Source: Macrostomum lignano (Eukaryota). From it: a stretch of 64,000 nt of DNA. Shown piece by piece: positions 48,903 through 62,153 of this stretch (positions within the stretch are counted from its first letter, which is position 1; each line of letters starts with the position of its first letter). The position numbers and the translations under genes are program-made. Location: the NCBI GenBank assembly GCA_002269645.1, contig NIVC01000035.1, positions 186,001 to 250,000 on the forward strand, given 5' to 3'. The notes below the pieces were generated by a model. That model did not search any database. It was not told the origin of the DNA and worked only from the letters and a program-made list of their open reading frames with translations.

Positions 48903-51900
48903 ATGACAGTGGACTCCGAGCCAAACAATAATTCCAGCAAATTGCTGCCGTCATCTCCGAAGCCCCTGATCCACGTTCTCTGCTGTCCCAGCTGTCCCTA
49001 CATGTGCCTGCAGGAGAGCGTCTTGATCGACCACGTGACCGGCGCTCACCCGGAGCCGCCATCCGCCGACGCCGGCGCAGAATCCGTTAACCAGCTGAAG
49101 TTGTACCGCTGCAAGCTGTGCGACTCCGTGTCAACGCAGAAGTGCCTGATGTTGGAGCACGCCGCCGTGTTTCACGGTGCCGAGTCGCGTCAGGTGAGGC
49201 GGTGGCTGTTCTTAGAATTTCGAATAATTTGAGCAAACTGATGAAAAGAATCAATCAGTGTAGCATCAGCCAATGAGAATGTGCAGGGAGTGAGTGCTGC
49301 CTTCTTTCTCCCTTAGATCCTATTGGTAACTATAGGCTCTAACGCCAACAACAGACACAATGAGGCCCCTCAACAGACACAATGAGGCCCCTCAACAGAC
49401 AATTAGGCACCCTCAACAGACACAATGAGGCCCCTCAACAGACACAATGAGGCACCCTCAACAGACACAATGAGGCCCCTCAACAGACACAATGAGGCAC
49501 CCTCAACAGACACAATGAAGCACCACCATCAGACACAATGAAGCACCACCAACAGACACAATGAGGCATCACCAACAGACACAATGAGGCATCACCAACA
49601 GACACAATGAGGCATCACCAACAGACACAATGAGGCTTCCTCAACAGACACAATGAGGCACCCTCAACAGACACAATGAGGCACCACCAACAGACAATGA
49701 GGCACCCTCAACAGACACAATGAGGCCCCTCAACAGACACAATGAGGCCCCTCAACAGACACAATGAGGCACCCTCAACAGACACAATGAGGCCCCTCAA
49801 CAGACACAATGAGGCCCCTCAACAGACACAATGAGGCCCCTCAACAGACACAATGAGGCCCCACAACAGACACAATGAGGCACCCACAACAGACACAATG
49901 AGGCCCCTCAACAGACACAATGAGGCCCCTCAACAGACACAATGAGGCCCCTCAATAGACACAATGAGGCCCCTCAACAGACACAATGAGGCACCCTCAA
50001 CAGACACAATGAGGCCCCTCAACAGACACAATGAGGCCCCTCAACAGACACAATGAGGCCCCTCAACAGACACAATGAGGCCCCTCAATAGACACAATGA
50101 GGCCCCTCAATAGACACAATGAGGCCCCTCAACAGACACAATGAGGCCCCTCAACAGACACAATGAGGCCCCTCAACAGACACAATGAGGCACCCTCAAC
50201 AGACACAATGAGGCCCCTCAACAGACACAATGAGGCCCCTCAACAGACACAATGAGGCCCCTCAACAGACACAATGAGGCCCCTCAATAGACACAATGAG
50301 GCATCACCAACAGACACAATGAGGCACCCACAACAGCCACAATGAGGCATCACCAACAGACACAATGAGGCACCCACAACAGCCACAATGAGGCACCCAC
50401 AACAGACACAATGAGGCACCCACAACAGACACAATGAGGCACCACCAACAGACACAATGAGGCATCACCAACAGACACAATGAGGCACCCACAACAGCCA
50501 CAATGAGGCCCCCCAACAGCCACAATGAGGCACCCACAACAGACACAATGAGGCACCCACAACAGACACAATGAGGCACCCACAACAGACACAATGAGGC
50601 ACCACCAACAGACACAATGAGGCATCACCAACAGCCACAATGAGGCCCCCACAACAGCCACAATGAGGCCCCCACAACAGCCACAATGAGGCCCCCACAA
50701 CAGCCACAATGAGGCACCCACAACAGACACAATGAGGCACCCACAACAGACACAATGAGGCACCCACAACAGCCACAATGAGGCACCACCAACAGACACA
50801 ATGGGGCGCTACCAAAAATTTTAAAAAGGCTCTCAGAGAGAAAGTTGCTGACTTTTTAGCTGAATTACAACTTGAAACATTTTTGTTGCAGCAAGAAGAT
50901 GATTTGCTTGTGGTTCGAGACTTAAAGCTGCCAGGAAATTATGGAGCACCAGCATGCCAGGAGCAGAAAACTCAGAACTCCGCTTTGAAGCAGCAGGCAT
51001 CAACAAGCATTGCTACCGGATCAAGAAAGCGGAAACTGACAGTTCCGGTGAGGGCTCTGACAATGTCTACTCTCACCTCACTGACAGTGTCTACTCTCAC
51101 CTCTCTGACAATGTTTACTCTCACCTCTCTGACAGTGTTTACTCTCACCTCTCTGACAATGTCTACTTTGACCTTTCTGACAATGTCTACTCTCACCTCT
51201 CTGACAATGTCTACTCTCACCTCTCTGACAATGTCTACTCTCACCTCTCTGACAATGTCTACTCTCACCTCTCTGACAATGTCTACTCTCACCTCTCTGA
51301 CAGTGTCTACTCTCACCTCTCTGACAATGTCTACTCTCACCTCTCTGACAGTGTCTACTCTCACCTCTCTGACAATGTCTACTCTGACCTCTCTGACAAT
51401 GTCTAATCTCACCTCTCTGACAATATCTACTCTCACCTCTCTGACAATATCTACTCTCACCACTCTGACAATATCTACTCTGACCTCTCTGACAATGTGA
51501 CCTACTCTCACCTCTCTGACAGTGTCTACTCTCACCTCTCTGACAATGTCTACTCTCACCTCTCTGACAGTGTCTACTCTCACCTCTCTGACAATGTCTA
51601 CTCTCACCTCTAACAATGTCTACTCTAATTTCTCTTATGTCTACTCTACCAAACCCCCAGCTGTACGGAGCACTGGTGTCCCGCTTATTTAATTCCATTA
51701 AACTCCCCAGGAAAAGTTGCCAACCGATCCCAGCCAAGGGCCTGAGAGTCAGCCAGCAGTGAGAGCTGAAGCTGACACCACTGCTCAGCCGCTGCCATCG
51801 CTGGAGTTCCATCCCAGAAACGGCGTCGCTGAGAACCTGAACTTAATTCGAAGTAGCAGCCAACAGCATCAGCTGGTTGTGAGACAGGCAAATAAAAGCA

Positions 51901-54018
51901 ACAGACAGCAGCATCAGAAATTTCTACCACAGCAACAGCAGAATCTGCTGCAGTCTCCGTCACAGAGAACTGACACCACCGTTCTAGCCATTGGCAACTA
52001 CCCAGCAACCGGCACCACAGCTTTGGCAATTTCATCTGGACTTTACCTGCCGTTTAAACTGTGGGAGGCGGCCAGACTCACTCAGCAGCAGCAGCAGCAG
52101 CAGCAGCATCTTCATCATCAGCTGCTCACGTCTGCTGCCGCTGTGACCGCCGTGACCGGGACGCCGCTCCACAGCCTGAGCTTCAATGGTGCCACCGCTA
52201 TGCAGCTGGGAGCCGCCACCCCTGCGGCACTGCAGGTGAGGAAGAGGGTGGGAGAGAGTGAGAGGGTGAGGGAGAGGGAGAGGGCGAGGGAGGGGTTGAG
52301 GGAGAGGGTGAGGATGAGGGAAAGAGGGGGTGAGAGTGAGAGAGAGAGGATGAGAGAGAGGGTGAGAGAGAGAGGGTGAGAGTGAGGGTGAGGGTGAGGG
52401 TGAGAGGGTGATGTGAGGGACAAAAGTGAGAGGGAGAATTTGAGAGTGGGTTAGATTGATCTAAGAAATCGTCCAACTGAAACTTAGAGAATAAATAAAA
52501 ACTGGTTTCATTTTCAATTTTATTTTCCATTAAAAATCTATCCTTAGTATGCTGCTACACTACTAATAAGTAGCAATGCTAGATAGTGATATTTATTGTT
52601 GGCCAATTGCCAATCAAACCCTTTGCCAGCTCCCAGTGACAGCCGTGGAACCGAAGCAGCAGCCGCAGTCGCAGGAAGACTTTGCCTCATCAGTGTTGGA
52701 CTTATCCGTGAAGGAAGCAAAACTCTTGGCGTCTCTTCAGCAGCAGCAGCAGCAGAAGCAGCAGAAGCAGTCAGCAGCCGCTTCTTCATCGAATTCAAAG
52801 CGGTCAGCCGGGCGCATCCGGCGACAAAATCGACAACGAGCCGGAGGTGCTCGCGGCGCGCGCGGTCGCAGTCATCAGAGCAGCCCGTCGTTGAAGGACC
52901 CGACGCTGGACACGGCTACAGTCGACTCCGAGCAGCAGCGAGCGGACTCGCCGCAGTCGCAGGGCAAAACTCAGCGTCAGAATTTTACTCCGACTCAGAA
53001 TCGCCAGCTGTTGAAGTGGTTCTGCGAGCACAGCGACAAGCCCTACCCGACTGGGGAGGACACCAAGGCGCTATCGGCTCTCACCGGATTGAACTATGCT
53101 CAGGTGAAGAAATGGTTCGCTAATAAACGGATGCGATCCAAGTCTACCGTAGCTTCGACTGTCGCTGATGGCGAGGTTGACGATGCAGCCTCCGATGGAG
53201 TCGAGTTGGTGATCCCCGTACCAGCGCAACCCGACTGGGAAGAAGAGGCTCAGATGAGAGAGGTGAGCGAGGGGATTTCAATCTGGGGACTTACATCTTT
53301 TTAGCATGGAGATCAAGGGAATCCTATTCGGAAGTCTCAATTGGGAAATCCGACTTGAGAAATCTAATTCGGAGAATTCTTTACGGATTATTTCATTCAT
53401 CTGGGGAATCCCATTCGGGGAATCCCATTCGGGGAATCTCATTCGGGGAATCCCATTCGGGGAATCCCGTTCGGGGAATCCCATTCGATGAATCTCATTC
53501 GGGGAATCCCATTCGGGGAATTCCATTCGATGAATCTCATTCGGAGAAGCCTGTTCGGGGATTTCCATTCAGGGTATTTAATTCCTGGAATTCGATTAGA
53601 GGATCACATTCTAGGAATCTAATGGGGGATTTCTATTTGGGGAATCCTACTCTGAGAATCTCCATTCTGAAAATCTCATTCGGAAATCCAATTCGGGAAT
53701 CCGACTGGGGAATCCCTTGCGGGAAATTCCGTTTGGGACATTATATTCGGGGAATCCAATTTGAATCTCATTCGTAAAGTACGAGGTATTCTTTCTGGTA
53801 ATTTTAAATTTCTACATGTATTGAGGTGAATATATGTAAACATGTAACGAAATCTCGAAATGGAAATTCTCAAAGAAAACTCTTTTATGCTGAAAGAGTC
53901 TATAATTACAATATTCTATAATTAAACTGCAATATTTTCGCGATTTCAGCAGTCCGATGATGGAAATCAATTGCAAGATTGCGAGCAACATCTCTTGGAG
54001 GAGAGTTCCACCGCCTGA
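48903..54018 (+). CDS. C2H2 zinc-finger + TALE-class homeodomain transcription factor (spiralian TALE/SPILE-like)
   Basis: Exons 48903-49193, 50892-51047, 51711-52235, 52630-53262, 53950-54018(TGA), all phase 0 and GT-AG. Exon 1 has two CxxC..HxxxxH fingers. Exon 4 has VLDLS (52693-52707) and the homeodomain QRQNFTPTQNRQLLKWFCEHSDKPYPTGEDTKALSALTGLNYAQVKKWFANKRMR with the TALE PYP loop. Confidence 0.8.
49340..50800. repeat. 22-bp minisatellite (CAACAGACACAATGAGGCCCCT), about 66 copies
   Basis: Directly visible in intron 1 of the TALE gene. Confidence 0.98.
51056..51640. repeat. 24-bp minisatellite (CTGACAATGTCTACTCTCACCTCT), about 24 copies
   Basis: Directly visible in intron 2; source of the TMSTLTSL repeat ORF. 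Confidence 0.97.
52236..52440. repeat. GA-rich polypurine low-complexity tract
   Basis: gagagggtgag-type repeats right after the exon 3 donor. Confidence 0.85.
53395..53770. repeat. Degenerate 15-bp repeat (GGGGAATCCCATTCG)
   Basis: Directly visible in intron 4. Confidence 0.8.
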
Positions 54019-54629
54019 ACTTTAAATGAAGGAAGTTTGGAATAAGTTTTAAATTACAATAACAACAGTATTGTACGTTGGTTTCACTGTTGTTTAAACG
54101 CTCGAAGTTTCATTAATTTTCTTGTAAAAATAAATTTTTCAGTGTGCTAAACCGTACCAGTAAAACAAAAAAATTAACGTAATCAAAGTTCAGTCGATAA
54201 ACCATGATGTAATGTGGTAGGCCGATGCCGATAAATATTAAAACAAAATATTGCAATTTTTTTTTTTTTAACAACAAATTTGGGTCAATGTTTACCTAAT
54301 AAAACGCTTTTTCGTAATGATATTTAAGTACACTACTTACTAAAGTAGTATCCGTGACTGTGTATTTTTATCTACAGTACATATATGTTCGTGTGAGACT
54401 TTAAATGAGACAAAAAAGTTTGTATATTATTAACGTGAAGACCTTACCCATCAGTGAGAGTAGACCCTTCTAAACAGTGAGAGTAGACCCTACTCATCGC
54501 AAAGAGTAGACCCAGCTGCTCTACTCATAAATATTTGGTGTTGTCTGTACAGTCGTGAATAAAGAGAAGGGGATTGCTATTCAAAGTCACATCGAGTCGG
54601 TGAGACGAAGACGGTTTGCATCGAGTCAA

Positions 54630-57608
54630 TCAATCCCGCACCTCCGCCTGCTGCATCAGCAATTTCTTCTGTTTCATACGTCGATTTTGAAACCAAGTTT
54701 TCACCTGGGCGTCGGTGAGGCCCAAAGCCTGGGCCAGCAAATCCCTGTCAGTCGGACTCAGGTAGGCCTGCTCGCGGAATGTGGCCTCCAGCTGGAGCAG
54801 CTGCAGGTCGCTAAAAACCGTTCGGGGCTGACGGCGGCGCTTCAAATTGCCAGCACTTGATGATGATGAAGAATCGGCTGCTGGGAGGGCTGACGCTGAA
54901 GTTGCTAAGTCAAGCGGGGAGGATAATAGAGAGATTTGCAGTTAAACTGAATTTAATGTAATTTTATCAACACACTTTAGACCGCTGACCCGCACCCTGT
55001 GGACACACGCTCACACAGCGTGTACAGCAGCCCTGACTTTCGAATCGTCAGTCATGTACACTCTGTGTCTTGAGGGTTGGCCCTCATGGGCTACAGTCTG
55101 TGATTGTTTGGCGCTACAGTCTGTCATGGTTTGGCGCTACAGTCTGTTCACGGTTTGGCGCTACAGTCTGTCATGGTTTGGCGCTACGGTCTGTGGTGGT
55201 TTGGCGCTACAGTCTGTTCACGGTTTGGCACTACAGTCTGTCATGGTTTGGCGCTACAGTCTGTCATGGTTTGGCGCTACAGTCTGTGATTGTTTCGCAC
55301 TACAGTCTGTCATGGTTTGGCGCTACAGTCTGTGATTGTTTCGCACTACAGTCTGTCATGGTTTGGCGCTACAGTCTGTCATGGTTTGGCGCTACAGTCT
55401 GTTATGGTTTGGCGCTACAGTCTGTCATGGTTTGGCGCTACAGTCTGTCATGGTTTGGCGCTACAGTCTGTGATTGTTTCGCGCTACAGTCTGTCATGGT
55501 TTGGCGCTACAGTCTGTCATGGTTTGGCGCTACAGTCTGTCATGGTTTGGCGCTACAGTCTGTGATTGTTTCGCGCTACAGTCTGTCATGGTTTGGCGCT
55601 ACAGTCTGTCATGGTTTGGCGCTACAGTCTGTCATGGTTTGGCGCTACAGTCTGTCATGGTTTTGCGCTACAGTCTGTTATGGTTTGGCGCTACAGTCTG
55701 TTATGGTTTGGCGCTACAGTCTGTCATGGTTTGGCGCTACAGTCTGTCATGGTTTTGCGCTACAGTCTGTGATTGTTTCGCGCTACAGTCTGTCATGGTT
55801 TGGCGCTACAGTCTGTCATGGTTTGGCGCTACAGTCTGTCATGGTTTGGCGCTACAGTCTGTGATTGTTTCGCGCTACAGTCTGTCATGGTTTGGCGCTA
55901 CAGTCTGTCATGGTTTGGCGCTACAGTCTGTCATGGTTTGGCGCTACAGTCTGTGATTGTTTCGCGCTACAGTCTGTCATGGTTTGGCGCTACAGTCTGT
56001 CATGGTTTGGCGCTACAGTCTGTCATGGTTTGGCGCTACAGTCTGTCATGTTTTGGCGCTACAGTCTGTCATGGTTTTGCGCTACAGTCTGTTCACGGTT
56101 TGGCGCTACAGTCTGTTCACGGTTTGGCGCTACAGTCTGTTCACGGTTTGGCGCTACGGTCTGTGGTGGTTTGGCGCTACAGTCTGTTCACGGTTTGGCA
56201 CTACAGTCTGTCATGGTTTGGCGCTACAGTCTGTCATGGTTTGGCGCTACAGTCTGTGATTGTTTGGCACTACAGTCTGTCATGGTTTGGCGCTACAGTC
56301 TGTGAATTTTAGCGCTACAGTCTGTGAATTGTTTGGCGCTACAGTCTGTGAATTTTAGCGCTACAGTCTGTGAATTGTTTGGCGCTACAGTCTGTGAATT
56401 GTTTAGCGCTACAGTCTGTAAGTATAAATTTGTAGTTTTACGTTGCAGAAACTCCAATTATAACCTGTAGATTTGGGATGCCATGTCTGTCAGCAAACAG
56501 GCAGCATTGGCAAATATCCAAACAATTAAGCATCTCAACTCATCTCAATGACACTCGTTGCTGCTATGCAAGCTTATTATAAAAACTCATTGTCTCAAAT
56601 TTGTTATTTCGATTCTCTCGCAGCTGGAGCCGTCTCAAAATGCATCAATCAAAATTATTGCACAAGATAAAATTACCGTTTTTATTTTCATGAGAACAGG
56701 CCACTGAGAGAAGTTTACATTGTTATCATTTAGATGGTTAAGAGTGAAAGTGACTGTTTTAACTGGCTCATACAGTTTGGGTTAAACAATTGAGCCTATC
56801 AATTAAGACTGCTTCCAGCCCTTAACCGCAATAATTTCAGACAGACCAGCGCATGCTAGGTGTCACATTACAGTCAGACTATACAGCTATAAGCTCAATT
56901 TCTACATTTGAGTCTCTCCGGCTCTGAGACCACCGCAGTGTCCTCTCAGTGTGTGGCGTTTATCCTCATGGAGCTTTGTTTGAGAACGATTAGATTATTT
57001 GAGCTGAATTCCCGAGCTTGCTTGACTGACAATTGTTTAATTAGGCATTTGGGTGTTCCTTAATAGCTGCTAATGCAGTAACGAACGATATGGATTTAGC
57101 TGTGAAAATTAGTAAAATTTATAAATCAATGGACTAGTTGCGTTTATTATCTATATCTGCTTATGAACTGACTGACTGACTGACTGACTGACTGACTGAC
57201 TGACTGACTGACTGACTGACTGACTGACTGACTGACTGACTGATTATTGATTTTAGATGTAAGATTTCAATTTCTGAAAAACACACCAGAGAGTTTTTCG
57301 CTGCAAAGTGCAGTCAAAAACTCAGCAATAACGTGGCCATCAATCTTACCGGTCTTATCGACTTGAAGATCATTACAAGTTTTGTCAACGGAAGAGTTGG
57401 GGGCCGCTGCATGATCTCTTTTTGTGACCCTTCTTTTTTCGTTTCGTTGCTGCACGCTGCTATAACTTGCAAGAGCAGATGATGGAGCAGCCAGCATCCA
57501 GTAGTTGAACAGGGCAATTTCCATCAATTGAAGAGTTTCCGTCTTGCTCCGACTCGTCACCGGAGGTCGAAGCAGATTCTCAATCATAAAACTATTTGCT
57601 TGTTGCAT
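54630..57608 (-). CDS. ANTP/NK-class homeobox protein, Bsx/Barx-like, 177 aa
   Basis: Exons 57608-57350 and 54904-54630 join in phase 1 (acc g|gtaaga...gacttag|ca act). N-terminal eh1/TN-like SFMIENLL; homeodomain RRRQPRTVFSDLQLLQLEATFREQAYLSPTDRDLLAQALGLTDAQVKTWFQNRRMKQKK. Bsx versus Barx cannot be resolved by eye. Confidence 0.88.
55088..56420. repeat. 23-bp minisatellite (GGCGCTACAGTCTGTCATGGTTT), about 58 copies
   Basis: Directly visible in the homeobox intron. Confidence 0.98.
57166..57243. repeat. (TGAC)n microsatellite
   Basis: Directly visible. Confidence 0.98.
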
Positions 57609-57791
57609 GCTTTTTTTCTCAATTCTTTTACAGTGGGCTTAACATGCATACGTATGTGCGTAGAATATTGATCAATTTGTAATTTTTTAATCGTATTAAA
57701 TCTTGATTTTTAATCATATTTGTTCCTTTTTTTATAGAACTTTACGCATGGAACGACTTCCTACACATTTGAGCCCAAATTTCTTATTCTC

Positions 57792-57800
57792 AGCCAATCA
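57792..57800. promoter_or_regulatory. Possible CCAAT (NF-Y) box upstream of the NK-class homeobox gene
   Basis: AGCCAATCA matches the NF-Y consensus about 190 bp upstream of the ATG; motif match only. Confidence 0.25.
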
Positions 57801-58044
57801 GAGGAAAGAGGGCAGTTGCGTGTATTACATGCATTTTATCAAATACTGCTGTAGCAGTAAAGACCAAGATACTTAATTACGTACTATTGCTACTAATGAC
57901 TTCTATTGTTTATTCGTCACAGTTGACGTATCCACAAATACGTATCTTATACTTTTTTGAAAACAGCCGAAACCCTACTTAATTGCCTCGTTTTGAGCTT
58001 TCTAATTAAAATAATAGCATCTTAACTACGCTATCAACTAATTT

Positions 58045-58785
58045 TAGGCTTTTCATACTGTATTACCGATTCCAGAACCTGAATCGGTTTGAAACTTTTC
58101 ATTTTGTCTGTTCCGTTTTCAGAATTGGTTCCAGAACCGTGTTCTGGTTCTGGAATTTGGATCGAGAAATTTTCTTGATCCGTTGTCATGTTTACACCAA
58201 GGACGACTTAAGAAGAAGGACGGGAGGCATGTTAAATTCATGAAAACAATTCATGTTAAATTGGTCTGTCATTATTTTAAGGTGACAGACCGATTTAACA
58301 TAAAAAATCGAATGATGCGTCGTTAGAGCAGCATGTGAGGCACAAAATAGTGTGATTAGTACTTTCTCTGACACTGTTAAGAGACCCAATCGCTGTTTAG
58401 TGTTGAAAATCGTGAAATATCCTATCTCCGTAGTGTATTTTTTCCGGAAAACCTGCCTTCTAAAATTTTCTAAGAAACGAGGTTTCCCGTCCTTCTACTT
58501 AAGTCGTCCTTGGTTTAGACTTTGACAGTAAAATATATTTGAAACCGTCAAATTTTTTTTATATTATTACTCTGTTTTTTTGTCATATATCCAAAAGAAA
58601 GCGAAGTCAAGGAAAGACAAAATTAAATTGTAAAGACTGACAAACATAAAATAGGTTCGAAGCTTTTCATTTTCCTACGGATTCTGGTTCTGGAATCGGA
58701 ATTATTCTGGTTCTGGAATCGGAATTATTCTGGTTCTGGAATCGGAATTATTCTGGTTCTGGAACCAATCTTCGTGAAAAGCCTA
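58045..58785. mobile_element. hAT-like MITE with TAGGCTTTTCA TIR and inverted subterminal TTCCAGAACC repeats
   Basis: TAGGCTTTTCA (58045-58055) / TGAAAAGCCTA (58775-58785); TTCCAGAACC motifs at left and (TTCTGGTTCTGGAATCGGAATTA)x3-4 at right. Confidence 0.6.
58195..58515. mobile_element. TA-flanked (Tc1/mariner-type) MITE nested in the previous element
   Basis: CCAAGGACGACTTAAGAAGAAGGACGGGA vs reverse complement of TCCCGTCCTTCTACTTAAGTCGTCCTTGG (1 mismatch in 29); TA on both sides. Confidence 0.75.
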
Positions 58786-59067
58786 GATTAGTTGCGATTG
58801 CGCACAAGGAAATGTGTGATGCTTTGATAAATTTAGTTAACCCTATTAACATTAAAAATTGTATTTTTTTCCAGCGTATATGTATTACAGCTGCTTTCAA
58901 AAATTTTATTTTATGCTTTGTTAAAACCGATAATCGCTAGACGCGAAAACAAATTTAGTTTGAACACCAGGAAACAAATATAGCTTTAATTTCATATCTA
59001 TCCTACAATAGTATAAATAAAGGCAGCAATAGTCTGCATTTCTCCAGCAATTGAAAGCTCTCGTACA

Positions 59068-60212
59068 ATGGCGACTGCTCAAAATGGACGATCACATTAT
59101 GCAGCACCAAATACCCAGACCCATCTTCAGCCACCCACTGCGAATCCGCCTCGATCATATCGAGCAAGTCAAGCTGGCAGTATGGTTGGCAGTAGTGTCC
59201 CAGTTGGATATCCAGGTGTATCAAATCCTAACCCATCAATGAGCCACTATCAAAGCGGAAAATTTGCACGCGGCTCTATGATGGGTCAAAAGAGTTTCTC
59301 TCGCAATAGCTTGGTGCGACAATCGCGCAGTCTTGGCGCATCTAAAGCTTCAATAGTGAGTCAACTAAGTGGCAAAACTAGCATTCAACAAGAATACCAC
59401 GACAGCAAACTTCGAGGCAACTTGATGGCACCCTACTACGGAAAGGGTCGAACTCCGTTTTTATTATCAATCTTCCTTGCCATTCTTGGTGCTCTTTTTA
59501 TTATTGCTGGTGGCACAGTGCTTGGACTTCGATTTCACAATAACATTATGCTTTCTATTGACAAAGGAGAAATCGTTGGCCCAATTCTAATTGCATTCGG
59601 CATTGGATGCTTCGCAGGCGCATTCAAGATGTACTATGATGCATATATGATTAGCAGCAAGGAGAGGAGGAAAATTAAAGTGAGTTTAGTTTACTTTAAA
59701 TGTTTAATTTTTAAAGCTATATATCCCCTGCAATTTTTTTCTATAGTATGGTTATTACAGCCCTAAAAATCTTTGGAATTTTTATACATAAATTTATAAC
59801 TGATTTAAAATGATAATCTAATGACTTGCTTTATATGGATGCACTAAGTATTTTTATTTCAATTCAAGATTTCAAATATCATAACTCAATTGTTCAACTA
59901 CTTATTTTATTTTTAGTTTGCTGCTGCCAATGAGTCCATGATCTCAATCAACACTGTCAGTTCTCGGCAAATGAGACAGCCAGGGTAAGTAAAAATTTAA
60001 AAAGTTAATATATACTCAATATTTCTTCTACTGATATTCTATTACTTCTTTGCTTCACTTGACAATAATAATTATTTTTTAAACTTACTGATATTTTTTG
60101 ACATTATTAAATACATGTCCTTTAACTTTTGACATTTTTCAGTGAAGCTCTGGTTAGTGGAACAGCATCAATGTATGCAGTAACTCGCACTCCACAAGGC
60201 TCTGTGGTCTAA
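59068..60212 (+). CDS. Small two-transmembrane protein (PIRT/TMEM100/TMEM200-like topology), ~250 aa
   Basis: Exons 59068-59679, 59917-59984, 60143-60212(TAA) join in frame with GT-AG. Long polar N-terminus, two hydrophobic helices (FLLSIFLAILGALFIIAGGTVL; IVGPILIAFGIGCFAGAF), C-terminus GSVV. Family assignment is tentative. Confidence 0.75.
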
Positions 60213-62153
60213 GTCTAAGAGATCAACTCTACTGCTATACTGTGCTCAGTTGAACTGTTTTGCTGTTTTATTTGCTTCTGACCTGCTTCCAAAGGTCATC
60301 TGTGTTGACTCTATATTGATTGTATATAGTCACCTATTAATCAATTTTTTTAAACTTTCTGAGTTTCTGTGTCATATGTGATATATAGTTTTTTAAATAT
60401 TTTACAGTTGTTTTAATGATGCATGACTGAAATGATATATCTAAAGTATACTTCTGGAACTTGCTGCATTCCACATTTTTTTACTTTCTAACACTTAGAA
60501 TTGATCTCGCTATTTAATGGGAATCTCAGTGTCAAAGTATAATATTTTATCATCTTTATAATAAAACAACTGATATCAGGTAGCTAGCATTGTTATTACC
60601 ATATTAATTTCGATTTTGAACAGCTGGGTTTTAATTGCATTCCACTCATTTCCTACATGTATGCCATTATTTTAAGCATAAAGTACATTTCGATTCTAGG
60701 TTTTTATTTTTGTATATGCCTACTTGTTTTTCATGTATTTTTGATGTGTTCATCTGTGATGAAAAACAATTGACTTTTTTCCTGCAACCTAGGCTTCACC
60801 AACTGATATGCCTCTGTAGTTTATTTCGTTTCATTATTTTTACTTTTTATACTTAAATTCGAATCATCAATCGATTTTAGGAATATATATTTATTCCTAA
60901 CAAACAAATTAAGGATATATGTTTTCAATTTTGACTTGTTGCTGGTATTAGAGTATAAATTTATGCAAATAAAAGATGGAACAAAAACTGGGGATTCTTG
61001 AGCCAATGGCTAGCTAAACAAATTAACAAAGCTCCCCAATGAATTTATTGGTGCCTCAAACAAATAGTCGACACTTTTAACAAAACAAAAATTGTTCCGT
61101 TCCTACTGATAGTAGCTACTGGTGGGTGTACTTGTTACAATATTTTTGGCTTTAAATTATAACTATTTAAGGCAGCCTCTGCATGCAGCCAGGCCATTCT
61201 AGCAAAGATAAGTTTTATTCTTACAAAATTAACCTAGAAAATTCTTCCGACAAAGTATTTTTTGCATGTTATTTTTATTGGGATATTCGTGATTTTAGCA
61301 AACCTTTCTGTGGAATCTTCGCCTTAAACACACTCTGTATTTCTAAAGTCCTATAATTGCAGCACCAAAGAAAACCACGACGCGTTACGTTCATCTTTTT
61401 AACTGTATTGCATATTTAATAGTAATGTATATAGTATAATAGTATAATATAAATGTCATATATTTTGTTTAAATAAAGTTGGCCATAAATTCTTTACCTC
61501 GACATGGATTTTGGTTATACTAATTGTTAGCAGTAAATTTAAGTAAAATCTTTACTAGAGCTTCATATTATTAACTTTTGGTTCGTTTTATTAATATTGC
61601 ACTACAGTTATTAGAGGATCGTGAGCTTACATGTGTTGCTTTAATGCTCTAGACGTCTCACAAAAAATGCATTTTTTTACTAAACTCGAAGTACTCCAAT
61701 TGTATTTTGATGTTTCAACACTGCAAGTGGTACCGAATTTTATAATTCTAACACAGTAGGTTAATATTTGATTTTTGTCTGCAAGACTGCGCCCATGTGG
61801 GGCCGATGATTGATAGATGACTGATGGAGTTGCGTTGGTAACTCGGAATATTTATTTGTTAATTAAAGCATATCGCAATAGAGTATATGCTGGTACAATA
61901 TGGTAGCATAGACATACGAGTATACATTGTATGTAACCTAAACTTAATGAGGATAAACAAGCTAGATTGAACAGATAAGGATGGATCCTTAAAACCGTAA
62001 ACTACTATAAACCCTTATAGTTTTATATGCAAGTGAATTTAGACAATTGTTACTCGCATTTATGCATGTGCTGTTACATGTATGCAGAGTAAGCTAGGAG
62101 AAGAATGGTTAATGTCAAGTTCACCGTGAACTTCTCACTCTTGATCGCAGGCC

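Noticed and set aside
49340-56420. Regular 22-34-bp arrays as CRISPR arrays or repeat-protein exons
   Set aside because: Units are contiguous with no unique spacers, there are no cas genes, and they lie between GT-AG exons that join in frame without them.
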